Shown here in pieces: positions 20,301 to 29,868 of a DNA stretch of 60,999 nucleotides. Within the stretch, counting starts at the first letter, position 1. Each line of letters starts with the position of its first letter. Made by a program: the position numbers and the translations under genes. The stretch is from a virus (lineage: Duplodnaviria; Caudoviricetes): positions 1-60,999 of the IMG/VR virus record IMGVR_UViG_3300037502_000383, one strand, 5' to 3'. The notes beneath the pieces were generated by a model, which searched no databases, had not been told where the DNA came from, and worked only from the letters and a program-made list of their open reading frames with translations.

Positions 20301-21052
20301 TGAGCGCAGGAATTAAAGCAAACGCAGACGGCTCCGGCGCTATACAAGTCGGCGGCACGGATTACATACAGATTGCGTCTACTGGGCCGGTCACGATACC
20401 GGGGAATTTAGTTGTTACTGGCACCGCAACTGTCGGTGGACAACCCGTTGGTGGCAACTACGCACTTAACTCTTATGTCGCTCCTGCTACGTGGACTAAA
20501 CCTGCTGGGTTGAAAGCGGTGAAGGTAACGGTTGTTGGTGCTGGTGGCGCGGGTGGAGCTGCTCCGACGACTACACCCACTCTTGTAAACGTCGGAGCAG
20601 GTGGTGGAGGTGCTGGCGGTGCAGCTATTTACTACGCTCCAGCTCCTTCTATTCCCGGTCCAGTAGCTGTAACTGCGGGTCCCGGTACCAATTCGTTCGG
20701 TGCATTTTGTTCAGCTACTGCGGGAGCAACCGGCGGTTCTGTTGCGGGAACTACTACCTCGGGAGCGCCGGGTGGCGCAGGTGGTGCGGGATCAGGAGGG
20801 TCAATAAATTTTACTGGCGGCGGCGGCGGCGGCGCCACGGGGGGAACCTTTGGGGCAAGTGGTGTTGGTGGGAGTTCAGTATTTGGCGCAGGTGCGCAAG
20901 GCGTACAAGGAGGCCCCGCTGCCGCAACGGCTGGTGTTGCTGGTGGTAATTATGGCGGCGGAGGTAGCGGGGCTGCTAAAAACTCTGTAGGTGCAGGTGC
21001 GGCAGGTGGCACAGGCGCACCCGGTATTGTTATTGTCGAAGAATTTTATTGA
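20300..21052 (+). CDS. Glycine-rich tail fibre domain protein (paralog 2)
   Basis: Same motifs and C-terminus as 19506-20300. Confidence 0.7.
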   Translation: MSAGIKANADGSGAIQVGGTDYIQIASTGPVTIPGNLVVTGTATVGGQPVGGNYALNSYVAPATWTKPAGLKAVKVTVVGAGGAGGAAPTTTPTLVNVGAGGGGAGGAAIYYAPAPSIPGPVAVTAGPGTNSFGAFCSATAGATGGSVAGTTTSGAPGGAGGAGSGGSINFTGGGGGGATGGTFGASGVGGSSVFGAGAQGVQGGPAAATAGVAGGNYGGGGSGAAKNSVGAGAAGGTGAPGIVIVEEFY

Positions 21053-21068
21053 TTAACAGGAGGTAAAT

Positions 21069-21281
21069 ATGAAAGCACTTGTTGCACCTAACGAGAAGCG
21101 CACTGACTACCAAGGCAACGTCGGTGATCGTATTGCACAGGTTGAACAAAACGAATTCCCTGTTGCCGCACCGTTGTTCTGGACTGACTGCCCGGATGAC
21201 TGCGTTGCCGATGTCTGGTGGTACTACAACGGCACATGTGAAGTGATGCCAACCCCACCAGAGCCAACCCCGGAGGCTTAA
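21069..21281 (+). CDS. Small tail-fibre-associated protein
   Basis: AGGAGG SD; FPVAxPLFWxDCPD. Confidence 0.6.
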   Translation: MKALVAPNEKRTDYQGNVGDRIAQVEQNEFPVAAPLFWTDCPDDCVADVWWYYNGTCEVMPTPPEPTPEA

Positions 21282-21284
21282 TTT

Positions 21285-22409
21285 ATGTGCGATCCTGTCT
21301 CGCAGTTTGCGGTACAGAAGTATGTCCACTTGACCGAGTTCTTGGACAAGGATAACTGCGCCCAGCTAACGGCTGAGTTGAAGAAGCTCGTCGCTCAAAA
21401 GCAAACGACGCAAGATATTCAGTGCCCGAAGTCCGAAGCGATTCACGGTGCACAGGTATTTGACTCGCTGCTAGTGCAGCTTCTGCCGCATTTCGAGACA
21501 GCATCAGGCAAGCGCCTTTTGCCGACCTACTCCTACGCTCGGCTATACGCACCGGGCGATGAGCTAAAGAACCATACCGACCGCGAGTCCTGCGAGATCA
21601 GTGCGACTGTGACGCTCGGTTTTGAAGGCGATGTCTGGCCCATCTATATGGGCGACAGTATGGAGAAGGATAACGCCAGCGAGATTCGCATGGGCGTGGG
21701 TGACGCAGTGCTGTACCGTGGCATGGATAAGCATCATTGGCGTGAGGTCTATACCGAGGGTAAGTGGCAAGCGCAGGTATTCCTGCATTACGTCGATGCT
21801 GACGGTAAATATGCCGAATGGAAATTCGATAAAAGAAAAAGCCTAAACCTGCCGCAGCAAGAGCCTGAGAACATGCGGCACTGGATATATACCGACATCC
21901 TAACGCCCGAGGCTTGCGACATTATCGTCAAAACCTATACGCAAGAAATGATTGAAACCCTGCCGCCGGTAATCGGCACAGGCGAAGGCGCGATCAATAC
22001 CGAGATTAGAAACGTCGAGCGCGTAATGCTGCCGGTCTACAAGGACATCGGTGGGCGCTTGGCTGCTGCTGGCTTTGCTGCAAACAACCGTGCGTGGAAG
22101 TTCAATATCACCCACGCTAACCAAGGCGAGTTCTTGAAGTACCCGGCAGGTGGTCGGTATACGGCGCACATGGATACGTTCTTGAACCCAACGGACGAGT
22201 GCAGGAAGCTAACGGTATTAGCGTTCTTGAACGACGACTTCGAAGGCGGCAAGTTCTTTATTCAGGACGGACATGAGCGGTACTACCCGCCACAAGCAAA
22301 AGGTACGGTGCTTGTATTTCCATCGTTCTTGGTACACGGCGTAGAAGATATTACTGCGGGTACGCGCTATTCAGTCGTGTGCTGGCTAGTCGGCCCATTC
22401 TTTAAATGA
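21285..22409 (+). CDS. Tandem two-domain 2OG-Fe(II) oxygenase (prolyl-4-hydroxylase-like)
   Basis: Domain 1 HTD...HWR; domain 2 HMD...RKLT...FEGG...FPS..HGV...GTRYS. Confidence 0.85.
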   Translation: MCDPVSQFAVQKYVHLTEFLDKDNCAQLTAELKKLVAQKQTTQDIQCPKSEAIHGAQVFDSLLVQLLPHFETASGKRLLPTYSYARLYAPGDELKNHTDRESCEISATVTLGFEGDVWPIYMGDSMEKDNASEIRMGVGDAVLYRGMDKHHWREVYTEGKWQAQVFLHYVDADGKYAEWKFDKRKSLNLPQQEPENMRHWIYTDILTPEACDIIVKTYTQEMIETLPPVIGTGEGAINTEIRNVERVMLPVYKDIGGRLAAAGFAANNRAWKFNITHANQGEFLKYPAGGRYTAHMDTFLNPTDECRKLTVLAFLNDDFEGGKFFIQDGHERYYPPQAKGTVLVFPSFLVHGVEDITAGTRYSVVCWLVGPFFK

Positions 22410-22417
22410 GGTGATGT

Positions 22418-23149
22418 ATGGCAACAATTATTGACGGGACCACTGGTTCGAGTATTGCAGGTAATAGCACAGCAGTGGGAGATTTTTCTGTTGGCGGCAA
22501 CCAAACTGTAGCAGGCAACTTAGTTGTTACTGGTTCGCTTACTTCAGGTGGCGGAGAGCCGTATGTAATAAATGCTTATGCAACTCCGGGCAACTTTCCC
22601 GCTGCCCCAGCAAGAGGTGTGGGCTTAAAACTAATTAAGGTCACTGTGGTTGGTGGCGGTGGTAGAGGTAGCCCCGGTAACGCAAATGGTGGCTCTGGTG
22701 CCGGTGCTGGTGGAGCGGCAATAAGAATTTATCCTGCCCCGTCTCTTCCTGCTAGTGCAATTCCGTATACCGTTGGTGTTGGAGGAACAGCGCCTTCTAC
22801 AACAGGCGGTACGACAACTTTTGGTGTGGCTCCACTTACTGTGGTTCAGGCCACTGGCGGTGCTGGTGGTGGTCTACAAGCCCCCGGAGGTGCAGGAGGT
22901 GTTGGGAGTAACGGTAGTGGGGGTTTAAATTTTAACGGCGGTGCCGGAGCACAAACAACAACTGGCTCACAAAACCCCGGTAGTACCGGCGGCAACTCTA
23001 TTTTTGGTGGGGGTGGTAAGGGCAACTCTGGTGCTTCAGCAGCTGTTACTTACGGCGCAGGAGGTGGTGGGGGCCAAGCAAATACCCAACCCGCACCTGC
23101 TGGGCTTGACGGCGCACCCGGTGTAGTCATCATCGAAGAATTCTACTAA
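22418..23149 (+). CDS. Glycine-rich tail fibre domain protein (paralog 3)
   Basis: KVTVVGGGG...GAPGVVIIEEFY. Confidence 0.7.
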   Translation: MATIIDGTTGSSIAGNSTAVGDFSVGGNQTVAGNLVVTGSLTSGGGEPYVINAYATPGNFPAAPARGVGLKLIKVTVVGGGGRGSPGNANGGSGAGAGGAAIRIYPAPSLPASAIPYTVGVGGTAPSTTGGTTTFGVAPLTVVQATGGAGGGLQAPGGAGGVGSNGSGGLNFNGGAGAQTTTGSQNPGSTGGNSIFGGGGKGNSGASAAVTYGAGGGGGQANTQPAPAGLDGAPGVVIIEEFY

Positions 23150-23155
23150 CCCCAT

Positions 23156-23842
23156 GTGGACCCGCTAACGCTACTCGCCGCTGCCAACGCCGCTGTTGCT
23201 GCGGTCAAAGCTGGATGCAAGCTTTACAAGGACATCAAAGGCGCAGCGGGGGATGTAAGCGGTGTATTGAAGGACTTGAAGGAGCAATACCACAAGATAG
23301 TTGACCCAACCCCGCAGCAGAAAATGCAGTATCACGCCGAGGTTGAACGAGTTCAGCAAATAGCCAAGACGGATGCGCACGATGTGTATACCGACATTGG
23401 TGAGCAGTTAGGTAAGTTGATGGACGCGCATGACGCGATTGGTAAGTTGTTGTTGAAGGAGCAGTTGGAAGCTAAACAGGTTTACAAGGGTGAAGAGAGC
23501 GTTGGCAAGAGAGCGTTGCGTCGGATACTGATTACGTCACGGTTGGATGCAATATGGACAGAGATCAGAGAGACAATGGTGTACCAATCCCCGCCGGAAT
23601 TAGGCGCGTTGTGGGGTAAGTTTGATGAGATGCGGCAGCAAATTCTTGCAGAGCAGGAGGTAGCCCACGAGGAAGAAATTAGACAGGCGCAGATAGCATC
23701 ATGGCGACGCAGAAGAAGAATAGCGGAAGTCCGGGCAAAGGCAATGTGGGGTTTGGCAGTACTCTTCGTAATAGCATGGGCGGTGGGACTAATGTGGCTG
23801 ACGACAAGAAGCATGATTACGAGAACGTCCCTTGGTCATTGA
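23156..23842 (+). CDS. Lysis-region membrane protein
   Basis: MDPLTLLA start, coiled coil, C-terminal TM. Confidence 0.6.
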   Translation: MDPLTLLAAANAAVAAVKAGCKLYKDIKGAAGDVSGVLKDLKEQYHKIVDPTPQQKMQYHAEVERVQQIAKTDAHDVYTDIGEQLGKLMDAHDAIGKLLLKEQLEAKQVYKGEESVGKRALRRILITSRLDAIWTEIRETMVYQSPPELGALWGKFDEMRQQILAEQEVAHEEEIRQAQIASWRRRRRIAEVRAKAMWGLAVLFVIAWAVGLMWLTTRSMITRTSLGH

Positions 23843-24006
23843 TTGTCGTGGTGCTGGCAGTTGTGCTGATGTTCTTTATTGTGATGCCGGTCTTAGCGTT
23901 TATGTACTACGACATGTACTACGCCACCCAAGCGGCGGTGCATGAGGTCAGGAAGATGCGGGAACTGCGCAAAGAGATACAGATTGAAAGGATGTACGGA
24001 CAATGA
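23701..24006 (+). CDS. Small membrane protein (start uncertain, possibly 23839)
   Basis: Strong hydrophobic segment; stop overlaps endolysin start. Confidence 0.5.
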   Translation: MATQKKNSGSPGKGNVGFGSTLRNSMGGGTNVADDKKHDYENVPWSLIVVVLAVVLMFFIVMPVLAFMYYDMYYATQAAVHEVRKMRELRKEIQIERMYGQ

Positions 24007-24656
24007 TCACGCTGGCACAGTTCAAGAAGTTTGCCCCGAATACCAAATATCCTCAGCAGTGGTACGACACCCTTTTTGGTAAACAAGATGAGTTTGGCGG
24101 CAAGTCTCTCCTAGATGAGTATCAGATCAACACCCCCAAGCGCGTTGCGGCTTTCCTTGCGCAGTGCGGTCACGAGTCGGGCGGCTTTGTTTTTGTCAGC
24201 GAGAACCTGAACTACTCAGCGTCAGGCTTGATGCGTGTGTTCCCCAAGTACTTCCCAACCCTTGACCTCGCTAAACAGTATGAGCGCAACCCGAAGAAGA
24301 TCGCCAGCCGTGTGTACGCTAACCGGATGGGTAATGGTGACGAAGCGTCGGGCGAGGGTTTTGCCTACCGGGGAAGAGGAATTTTGCAGCTAACTGGCAA
24401 GGATAATTATTTTTGGTTCGCAGCCTCGTTGGACATCACACCGGCAGAAGCGGCTGAATACTTGGAGACCTTCGAGGGTGCGGCGCAGAGTGCCTGCTGG
24501 TTCTGGGAGACGAACAAGCTGAATCGGTTTGTTGACGGTAACGATTTTAAAGGGCTGACCAAAGCAATCAACGGCGGCTATATTGGATTGGCAGATAGGG
24601 AGCATCATTATGAAATTGCGTTGGCTATGCTTGATTCTGGCAGTCGTTTGGCTTAG
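24003..24656 (+). CDS. Endolysin, glycoside hydrolase family 19
   Basis: FLAQCGHESGG...ENLNYS...YRGRGxxQLTGKDNY...INGG..G..DR. Confidence 0.92.
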   Translation: MITLAQFKKFAPNTKYPQQWYDTLFGKQDEFGGKSLLDEYQINTPKRVAAFLAQCGHESGGFVFVSENLNYSASGLMRVFPKYFPTLDLAKQYERNPKKIASRVYANRMGNGDEASGEGFAYRGRGILQLTGKDNYFWFAASLDITPAEAAEYLETFEGAAQSACWFWETNKLNRFVDGNDFKGLTKAINGGYIGLADREHHYEIALAMLDSGSRLA

Positions 24657-24861
24657 TGGGTGTGACCGCTTTAGGTACCCTTGTCAGGATCCCGAGAACT
24701 GGGAAAAGAAAGAATGTAAGAGGCCGTACTGTAGTAGCACCGGAACTTGCCCGGATCAGTTGATTAAACCTGAAGATGCAAAGGTAGAACCGTATGAACC
24801 CGCTAAAGTTGATCAGTCAGTTCCTTGCGCTAACTCAGGAACAGCACGATGCGGTAATTAA
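24610..24861 (+). CDS. Lipoprotein (o-spanin candidate)
   Basis: Lipobox LSGC after hydrophobic signal; Cys/Pro-rich; overlaps endolysin end. Confidence 0.65.
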   Translation: MKLRWLCLILAVVWLSGCDRFRYPCQDPENWEKKECKRPYCSSTGTCPDQLIKPEDAKVEPYEPAKVDQSVPCANSGTARCGN

Positions 24862-25258
24862 GTTTTGTATTGCCCTGACGTTCTGCTGCACCGTGATCAT
24901 CATGGTGGGCGTAAGTTTATATAGTGTCGTTTTTGTAACCCAGCCGATGTCGGGCATGGCTCCGGCGGACAAGCAGTTCTTCCTGATCCTGTCGGATATG
25001 TCCAAGTACATCCTCGGTTCTCTGGCTACGCTACTAGCAGTTAAGGGTAAGGACGCGCTGCCGATGTTCACACCGCCGGGGCTATCGACCAAGGAAGAGC
25101 GGGAAGATAAGCCGACTCCACCGGCACCCAAGACCCCTGCGCCTACGCATGCACCTGTACGCATGGAGCCAGTACTAGACCCAATAACCCAACCCGTTGC
25201 CACAGGCTACGGCGGCAAGCCCGCCCCAGTTCAACCCCCTCACCCGGAGATCAACTGA
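24794..25258 (+). CDS. Holin-like two-TM protein
   Basis: Two hydrophobic segments and Pro-rich tail; in lysis cassette. Confidence 0.5.
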   Translation: MNPLKLISQFLALTQEQHDAVIKFCIALTFCCTVIIMVGVSLYSVVFVTQPMSGMAPADKQFFLILSDMSKYILGSLATLLAVKGKDALPMFTPPGLSTKEEREDKPTPPAPKTPAPTHAPVRMEPVLDPITQPVATGYGGKPAPVQPPHPEIN

Positions 25259-25443
25259 TGTTTATCTATCTACGCATGGCAGTTACTGTTTTGCTAAGTG
25301 CATTCTTGGTGTTCCAGATTCACGCTGCCGAGACCAAGAAGGTCTGCAACAAGCAGAAAGACAGCAAGGGCAAAGAGGTGCAGGTCTGCAAAGAAGTTAA
25401 GGTACACAAGAAGCTGGACGGAACGAAAGTACCGCCAAAGTGA
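25258..25443 (+). CDS. Small secreted basic protein
   Basis: Signal peptide then AETKKVC...QVCK. Confidence 0.55.
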   Translation: MFIYLRMAVTVLLSAFLVFQIHAAETKKVCNKQKDSKGKEVQVCKEVKVHKKLDGTKVPPK

Positions 25444-25919
25444 CAGCGTTTTTCAACCCGTGGGTCTTGCTGACGTTTGTGCTTGCTATTGGCGCGGCGG
25501 CTGGGGGCGGGTATTATAAAGGCAACTCTGCGGGTAAAGCAGAAGTGCAGGCTGAATGGGCCAAGGAAAAGGCCGAGCAGTATGCTGAGTATGCCAAAGG
25601 GCAGGAAGCTGCCAGAGCGCGTGAGCAAGAAATGCAACAAGCGGCAGACAAGCTGCGGAGGGAAAAAGATGCGCAGATCAGGGAAATTAATGCTCGTGCT
25701 ACCGCTCTTACTAACAGCCTGCGCGACAGGCAGGCCCGCCCCACCGAAACAAGTACCGTGTCCAGTGCTGCCGGAAATAGATCAGCGTGTAGTGGAAGAG
25801 AGCTTTATAAAGAGGATGGAGAGTTTCTTGTCAGGATCGCTACCGAAGCAGACGAACTCAGAGCCGCCCTCAAGCAATGCTACGCCCAATACAACGCCGC
25901 AAGACAAACGGTGAAATAA
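25440..25919 (+). CDS. Rz-like i-spanin
   Basis: N-terminal TM, Ala-rich coiled coil, C-terminal ADxLRxAL..C..Y. Confidence 0.7.
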   Translation: MTAFFNPWVLLTFVLAIGAAAGGGYYKGNSAGKAEVQAEWAKEKAEQYAEYAKGQEAARAREQEMQQAADKLRREKDAQIREINARATALTNSLRDRQARPTETSTVSSAAGNRSACSGRELYKEDGEFLVRIATEADELRAALKQCYAQYNAARQTVK

Positions 25920-28439
25920 ATGCCACTACAAAAACTTCAGTTTCGTCCGGGGGTTAACAGAGAAGGAACTACGCTTGCCAATGAAGGTGGGTGGTACGAC
26001 TGCGACAAGGTGCGCTTTCGCTCTGGCTACCCTGAAAAGATTGGTGGCTGGACACGGTTATCTAATACGACATTCGTCGGTACCTGCCGGTCTCTGTGGA
26101 ACTGGATCACGCTGAAGTTTTTCAACCTGATGGGTGTCGGCACCGAGCGCAAGTTCTATATTGAGTACGGTGGCGTTTACTATGACATCACCCCTATCCG
26201 TGCGTATGCAACGCTAACCAATCCATTTACCACAACCATTAACGTCAGTATTGTCGTTGTCACCGATGCTGATCATGGCGCTATTTCTGGCGACTATGTA
26301 ACCTTCTCAGGTGCGTCGCTTGTGGGGGGCTTAAACCTAAACGGTGAGTACGAGATTACGTACGTCGATACCAACACCTACACCATTAATGCGGGTATCA
26401 ATGCTTCATCAACCGCAACGGGCGGCGGTACAGTTACAGCGGCGTATCAGCTAAATAACGGCACAACTACTGGCACCGCGCAGGTTGGCTGGGGCGCAGG
26501 TCTATGGGGTGGAGTAGTTACAGGTACGGCGTTAACGCAGTTAAATATGGCGGGCGGTACGATAGGTACAACGCTGACTACAGCAGTTCCATCGGCTACT
26601 TCAACAGCAGATATTGATGTCGTATCAACCACGGGCTTCGCTGCTTCGGGCACGATTGTCATCGGCTCAGAAATCATCACATACTCGGGCATAACAGCTA
26701 CGTCGTTTACTGGCATTACTCGCGGTGCTAATGCTCAAATTTATTACCCCATAGGGCAGCATGTTGCTGCTAACAACGTCACGCTAACGGTTGACGATAC
26801 AACAAGCTTTTCTCCTGCGGGTACTATGATTATCGGTACCGAACTTATTTCGTACTCCGGTAAGACACTAACAACATTTACGGGATGCACTCGTGGAGCG
26901 CAAGGTACGATAGCCGCAGCACATGCAGATAACTCAGTAATCCAAGAAGCCACTGCGTATTATGGGTGGGGGCAGTCTGCATCGACCACGACAAACACAC
27001 AGCTTCGCTTGTGGAGTCAAAGTAACTTTGGTCAAGACTTATTGTTTAGCCCGCGTGGTGGTGGGCTGTATTACTGGTCGCCGGGTAGTGGCACAGCGCC
27101 GGATGTAGGTACGCGGGGCATTTTGATCGGTTCGTTCTCCGGCACAGCGGATGTTAACGCCACCACTACGCTAACAGTTCAGTCTGTTGTGTCAGGCTCT
27201 ATTCACGTAGGCATGACGGTAGCTGGTTCTAACATACCGCTTGGCACAACCATCACAGCGTTTGGCACAGGCACAGGCGGTACAGGCACTTACACGATGA
27301 GCGCCACTGCCACGGGTACAACAACAGGGCTAACGCTTACGGGCACTTCCGATGTCCCATCAGCGATCAATGAGATTCTAGTATCCGACTCTTCACGTAT
27401 TGTTATTGCGTTTGGCGCTAATGACTACGGCAGTTCGGAACAAGACCCGTTGCTGGTGCGCTGGTCTGCGCAGGAGAGCTACACCGACTGGACTCCGGTA
27501 GCCACTAATCAAGCTGGTAGTTACAGACTGTCTCACGGCTCGTTGATTGTGGGTGCGCTACAAACTCGTCAAGAAATTGTAATTTGGACGGACGCTGCTA
27601 TCTACTCAATGCAGTATCTCGGCCCACCTCTGGTATGGGGCTTTACCTTACTTGCTGACAACATCTCTATCGTGTCTCAAAACGCGATGGCAACTGCGGC
27701 AGGTGTTGTGTACTGGATGGGTACAGATAAATTTTACGTGTACTCTGGTCGGGTTGAAACTTTACCCTGCGCAGTGCGTACCTACATATACAACGACATT
27801 AACCGTGATCAGTTCTCGCAGTGCTTTGCCAGCACTAACGAGGGTTTTAGCGAGATATGGTGGTTCTACTGCTCGGCTAACTCAAGTGTCATAGACCGGT
27901 ATGTGGTGTTCAATTACCTCGACCGCGTCTGGTATTACGGTTCGATGGGGCGCAGTGCGTGGATTGACTCTCCATTGCGTGAGTACCCGATGGCAGCAGG
28001 TTTAGATAACAGGCTGTACTTCCACGAGCTTGGCAATGATGACGGCACAACCAACCCACCTAGCCCGATAACGGCATACATCCAATCGTCAGACTTTGAT
28101 ATTGGCGACGGACATAACTACGGGTTCGTATGGCGGATGATTCCAGACATTACGTTTGATGGGTCAACCACACCGTCTCCGTTGTATCCACAAGTTACAA
28201 TGACAATGCGCCCTCGACAGAACCCCGGCGCACCTTACGGCACAGCACCTAGCCCAACGGTTGAAGCAGCGCAAAGTTATGCCATCACACACAACTACAC
28301 CGTGCAAGAGTTTACCGAGATTGTGTATACACGCGTACGTGGACGGCAGTTGGCGTTAAAAGTGGAGTCAAATATTTTAGGGGCGCAGTGGCAGTTGGGT
28401 GTGCCCAGACTTGATGTACGTCCTGATGGTCGGCGCTGA
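25920..28439 (+). CDS. Tail nozzle / tubular protein B-like
   Basis: PGVNRE..EGGW..DKVRFR..PEKIGGW; VRWS; beta-propeller-like; ends PDGRR. Confidence 0.7.
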   Translation: MPLQKLQFRPGVNREGTTLANEGGWYDCDKVRFRSGYPEKIGGWTRLSNTTFVGTCRSLWNWITLKFFNLMGVGTERKFYIEYGGVYYDITPIRAYATLTNPFTTTINVSIVVVTDADHGAISGDYVTFSGASLVGGLNLNGEYEITYVDTNTYTINAGINASSTATGGGTVTAAYQLNNGTTTGTAQVGWGAGLWGGVVTGTALTQLNMAGGTIGTTLTTAVPSATSTADIDVVSTTGFAASGTIVIGSEIITYSGITATSFTGITRGANAQIYYPIGQHVAANNVTLTVDDTTSFSPAGTMIIGTELISYSGKTLTTFTGCTRGAQGTIAAAHADNSVIQEATAYYGWGQSASTTTNTQLRLWSQSNFGQDLLFSPRGGGLYYWSPGSGTAPDVGTRGILIGSFSGTADVNATTTLTVQSVVSGSIHVGMTVAGSNIPLGTTITAFGTGTGGTGTYTMSATATGTTTGLTLTGTSDVPSAINEILVSDSSRIVIAFGANDYGSSEQDPLLVRWSAQESYTDWTPVATNQAGSYRLSHGSLIVGALQTRQEIVIWTDAAIYSMQYLGPPLVWGFTLLADNISIVSQNAMATAAGVVYWMGTDKFYVYSGRVETLPCAVRTYIYNDINRDQFSQCFASTNEGFSEIWWFYCSANSSVIDRYVVFNYLDRVWYYGSMGRSAWIDSPLREYPMAAGLDNRLYFHELGNDDGTTNPPSPITAYIQSSDFDIGDGHNYGFVWRMIPDITFDGSTTPSPLYPQVTMTMRPRQNPGAPYGTAPSPTVEAAQSYAITHNYTVQEFTEIVYTRVRGRQLALKVESNILGAQWQLGVPRLDVRPDGRR

Positions 28440-29830
28440 TGGCAAACAACTTAGTTACAACCGCAGTCACGACACTATCGCAGACAAAGGCTCCGGCTTT
28501 ACCGTTTGCACCTGTGCAGTATGACCGGGGGTATCACGACACACTTAACAACATCCTGCGTCAATACTTTAATACGCTGGATAACTTCATAGGGCAGCTT
28601 ATGGCTTCAGGTGGCGCGACTATTGGCGTATACGGGGCTGGCACAGGGGCAGATGCTTTTGGTCGGCTGCGCGTATCTAATCCTTACACACTGTTTGATA
28701 GCCAGAATCGTTTTGCTAAAGACAATCAGTTCAGCGAAACCACAGCGACGGGTGGCACATCTACATACAACAGCAATGAGTCTTCGGTAGACATGGCTGT
28801 TACTACCTCATCTGGATCTAGCGTCGTTCGTCAATCTTTGCGCTGTATGCCGTATCAACCGGGTAAGGGGTTGTTGGTTTTGTGTACGTTTGTAATGAAC
28901 GCAAGGAAAGATGGACTACGGCAGCGTGTAGGGTATTTCAACACCAACAACGGTGTGTTTTTACAACTAGCAGGTACGGGCGAACCGGAATTTATTTTGC
29001 GTACAGCTACGAGTGGTAGCCCAAGTGATGCGCGCGCTGTAGCTCAGTCTGCATGGAATGGCGATAAGCTTAACGGTACAGGCGCGTCAGGTAAAACGCT
29101 TGACCTCACCAAAGCGCAGATTCTCTGGATGGACTTTGAGTGGTTGGGTGTAGGCTCGGTTCGCTGCGGATTCATCATCGACGGGGAATACATCGTCTGC
29201 CATACATTCAACAACGCTAACGACATTGACAAGGTTTACATGACCACGGCAATTTTGCCAGTTCGTTATGAGATTGAAAATACAGCGGGTACGGCTTCCG
29301 CATCAACGCTGACACAAATCTGTTCAACTGTTATATCGGAAGGCGGATACGGGCAAGTTGTGGCAGCTAACACCGCAAGACGAACGACGGTCAAGGCAAC
29401 TATTGGTACGACGTTTTTGCCTTTGGTGGCGATTCGTTTGAAGACCGGACGCACAGGTGCAGTGGTGCTGCCACAAACTGTTAATGTAATGCCAACAACT
29501 GCCGGTAACTACGAGGTGGTGTTGGCACGGCTTGATGATGCTACTTCGTTAACAAGCGCAAGTTGGGTGACTGCGGATTTTGAAAACGTAGAGTACGACG
29601 TATCAGCCACGGCGGTAACGATTGCCGCTAATCAGATTGTTGATCAATTTTTTATCACGGCAACCAATCAAAGTGCTGGAGCAAGTGCGGAACCCGTGGG
29701 ATATAACTTTGACACGCAGATAGGCGCAACCATCGGCGGCACGAGCCAAGTTTATGTAGTGGCTGTGCGGGTTTTGTCAGGCACAGGCGACGCTGTAGGT
29801 GCCTTGACTTTCTATGATTTGACGCAGTGA
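28439..29830 (+). CDS. Tail needle/spike-associated protein
   Basis: LPxAPxxY...LRxYF N-terminus fused to DAFGRLRVS...YQPGK...EWLGVG beta domain. Confidence 0.55.
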   Translation: MANNLVTTAVTTLSQTKAPALPFAPVQYDRGYHDTLNNILRQYFNTLDNFIGQLMASGGATIGVYGAGTGADAFGRLRVSNPYTLFDSQNRFAKDNQFSETTATGGTSTYNSNESSVDMAVTTSSGSSVVRQSLRCMPYQPGKGLLVLCTFVMNARKDGLRQRVGYFNTNNGVFLQLAGTGEPEFILRTATSGSPSDARAVAQSAWNGDKLNGTGASGKTLDLTKAQILWMDFEWLGVGSVRCGFIIDGEYIVCHTFNNANDIDKVYMTTAILPVRYEIENTAGTASASTLTQICSTVISEGGYGQVVAANTARRTTVKATIGTTFLPLVAIRLKTGRTGAVVLPQTVNVMPTTAGNYEVVLARLDDATSLTSASWVTADFENVEYDVSATAVTIAANQIVDQFFITATNQSAGASAEPVGYNFDTQIGATIGGTSQVYVVAVRVLSGTGDAVGALTFYDLTQ

Positions 29831-29868
29831 AGTGCTACACTTCTTGCAATTGACATTGAGGTAGAACT

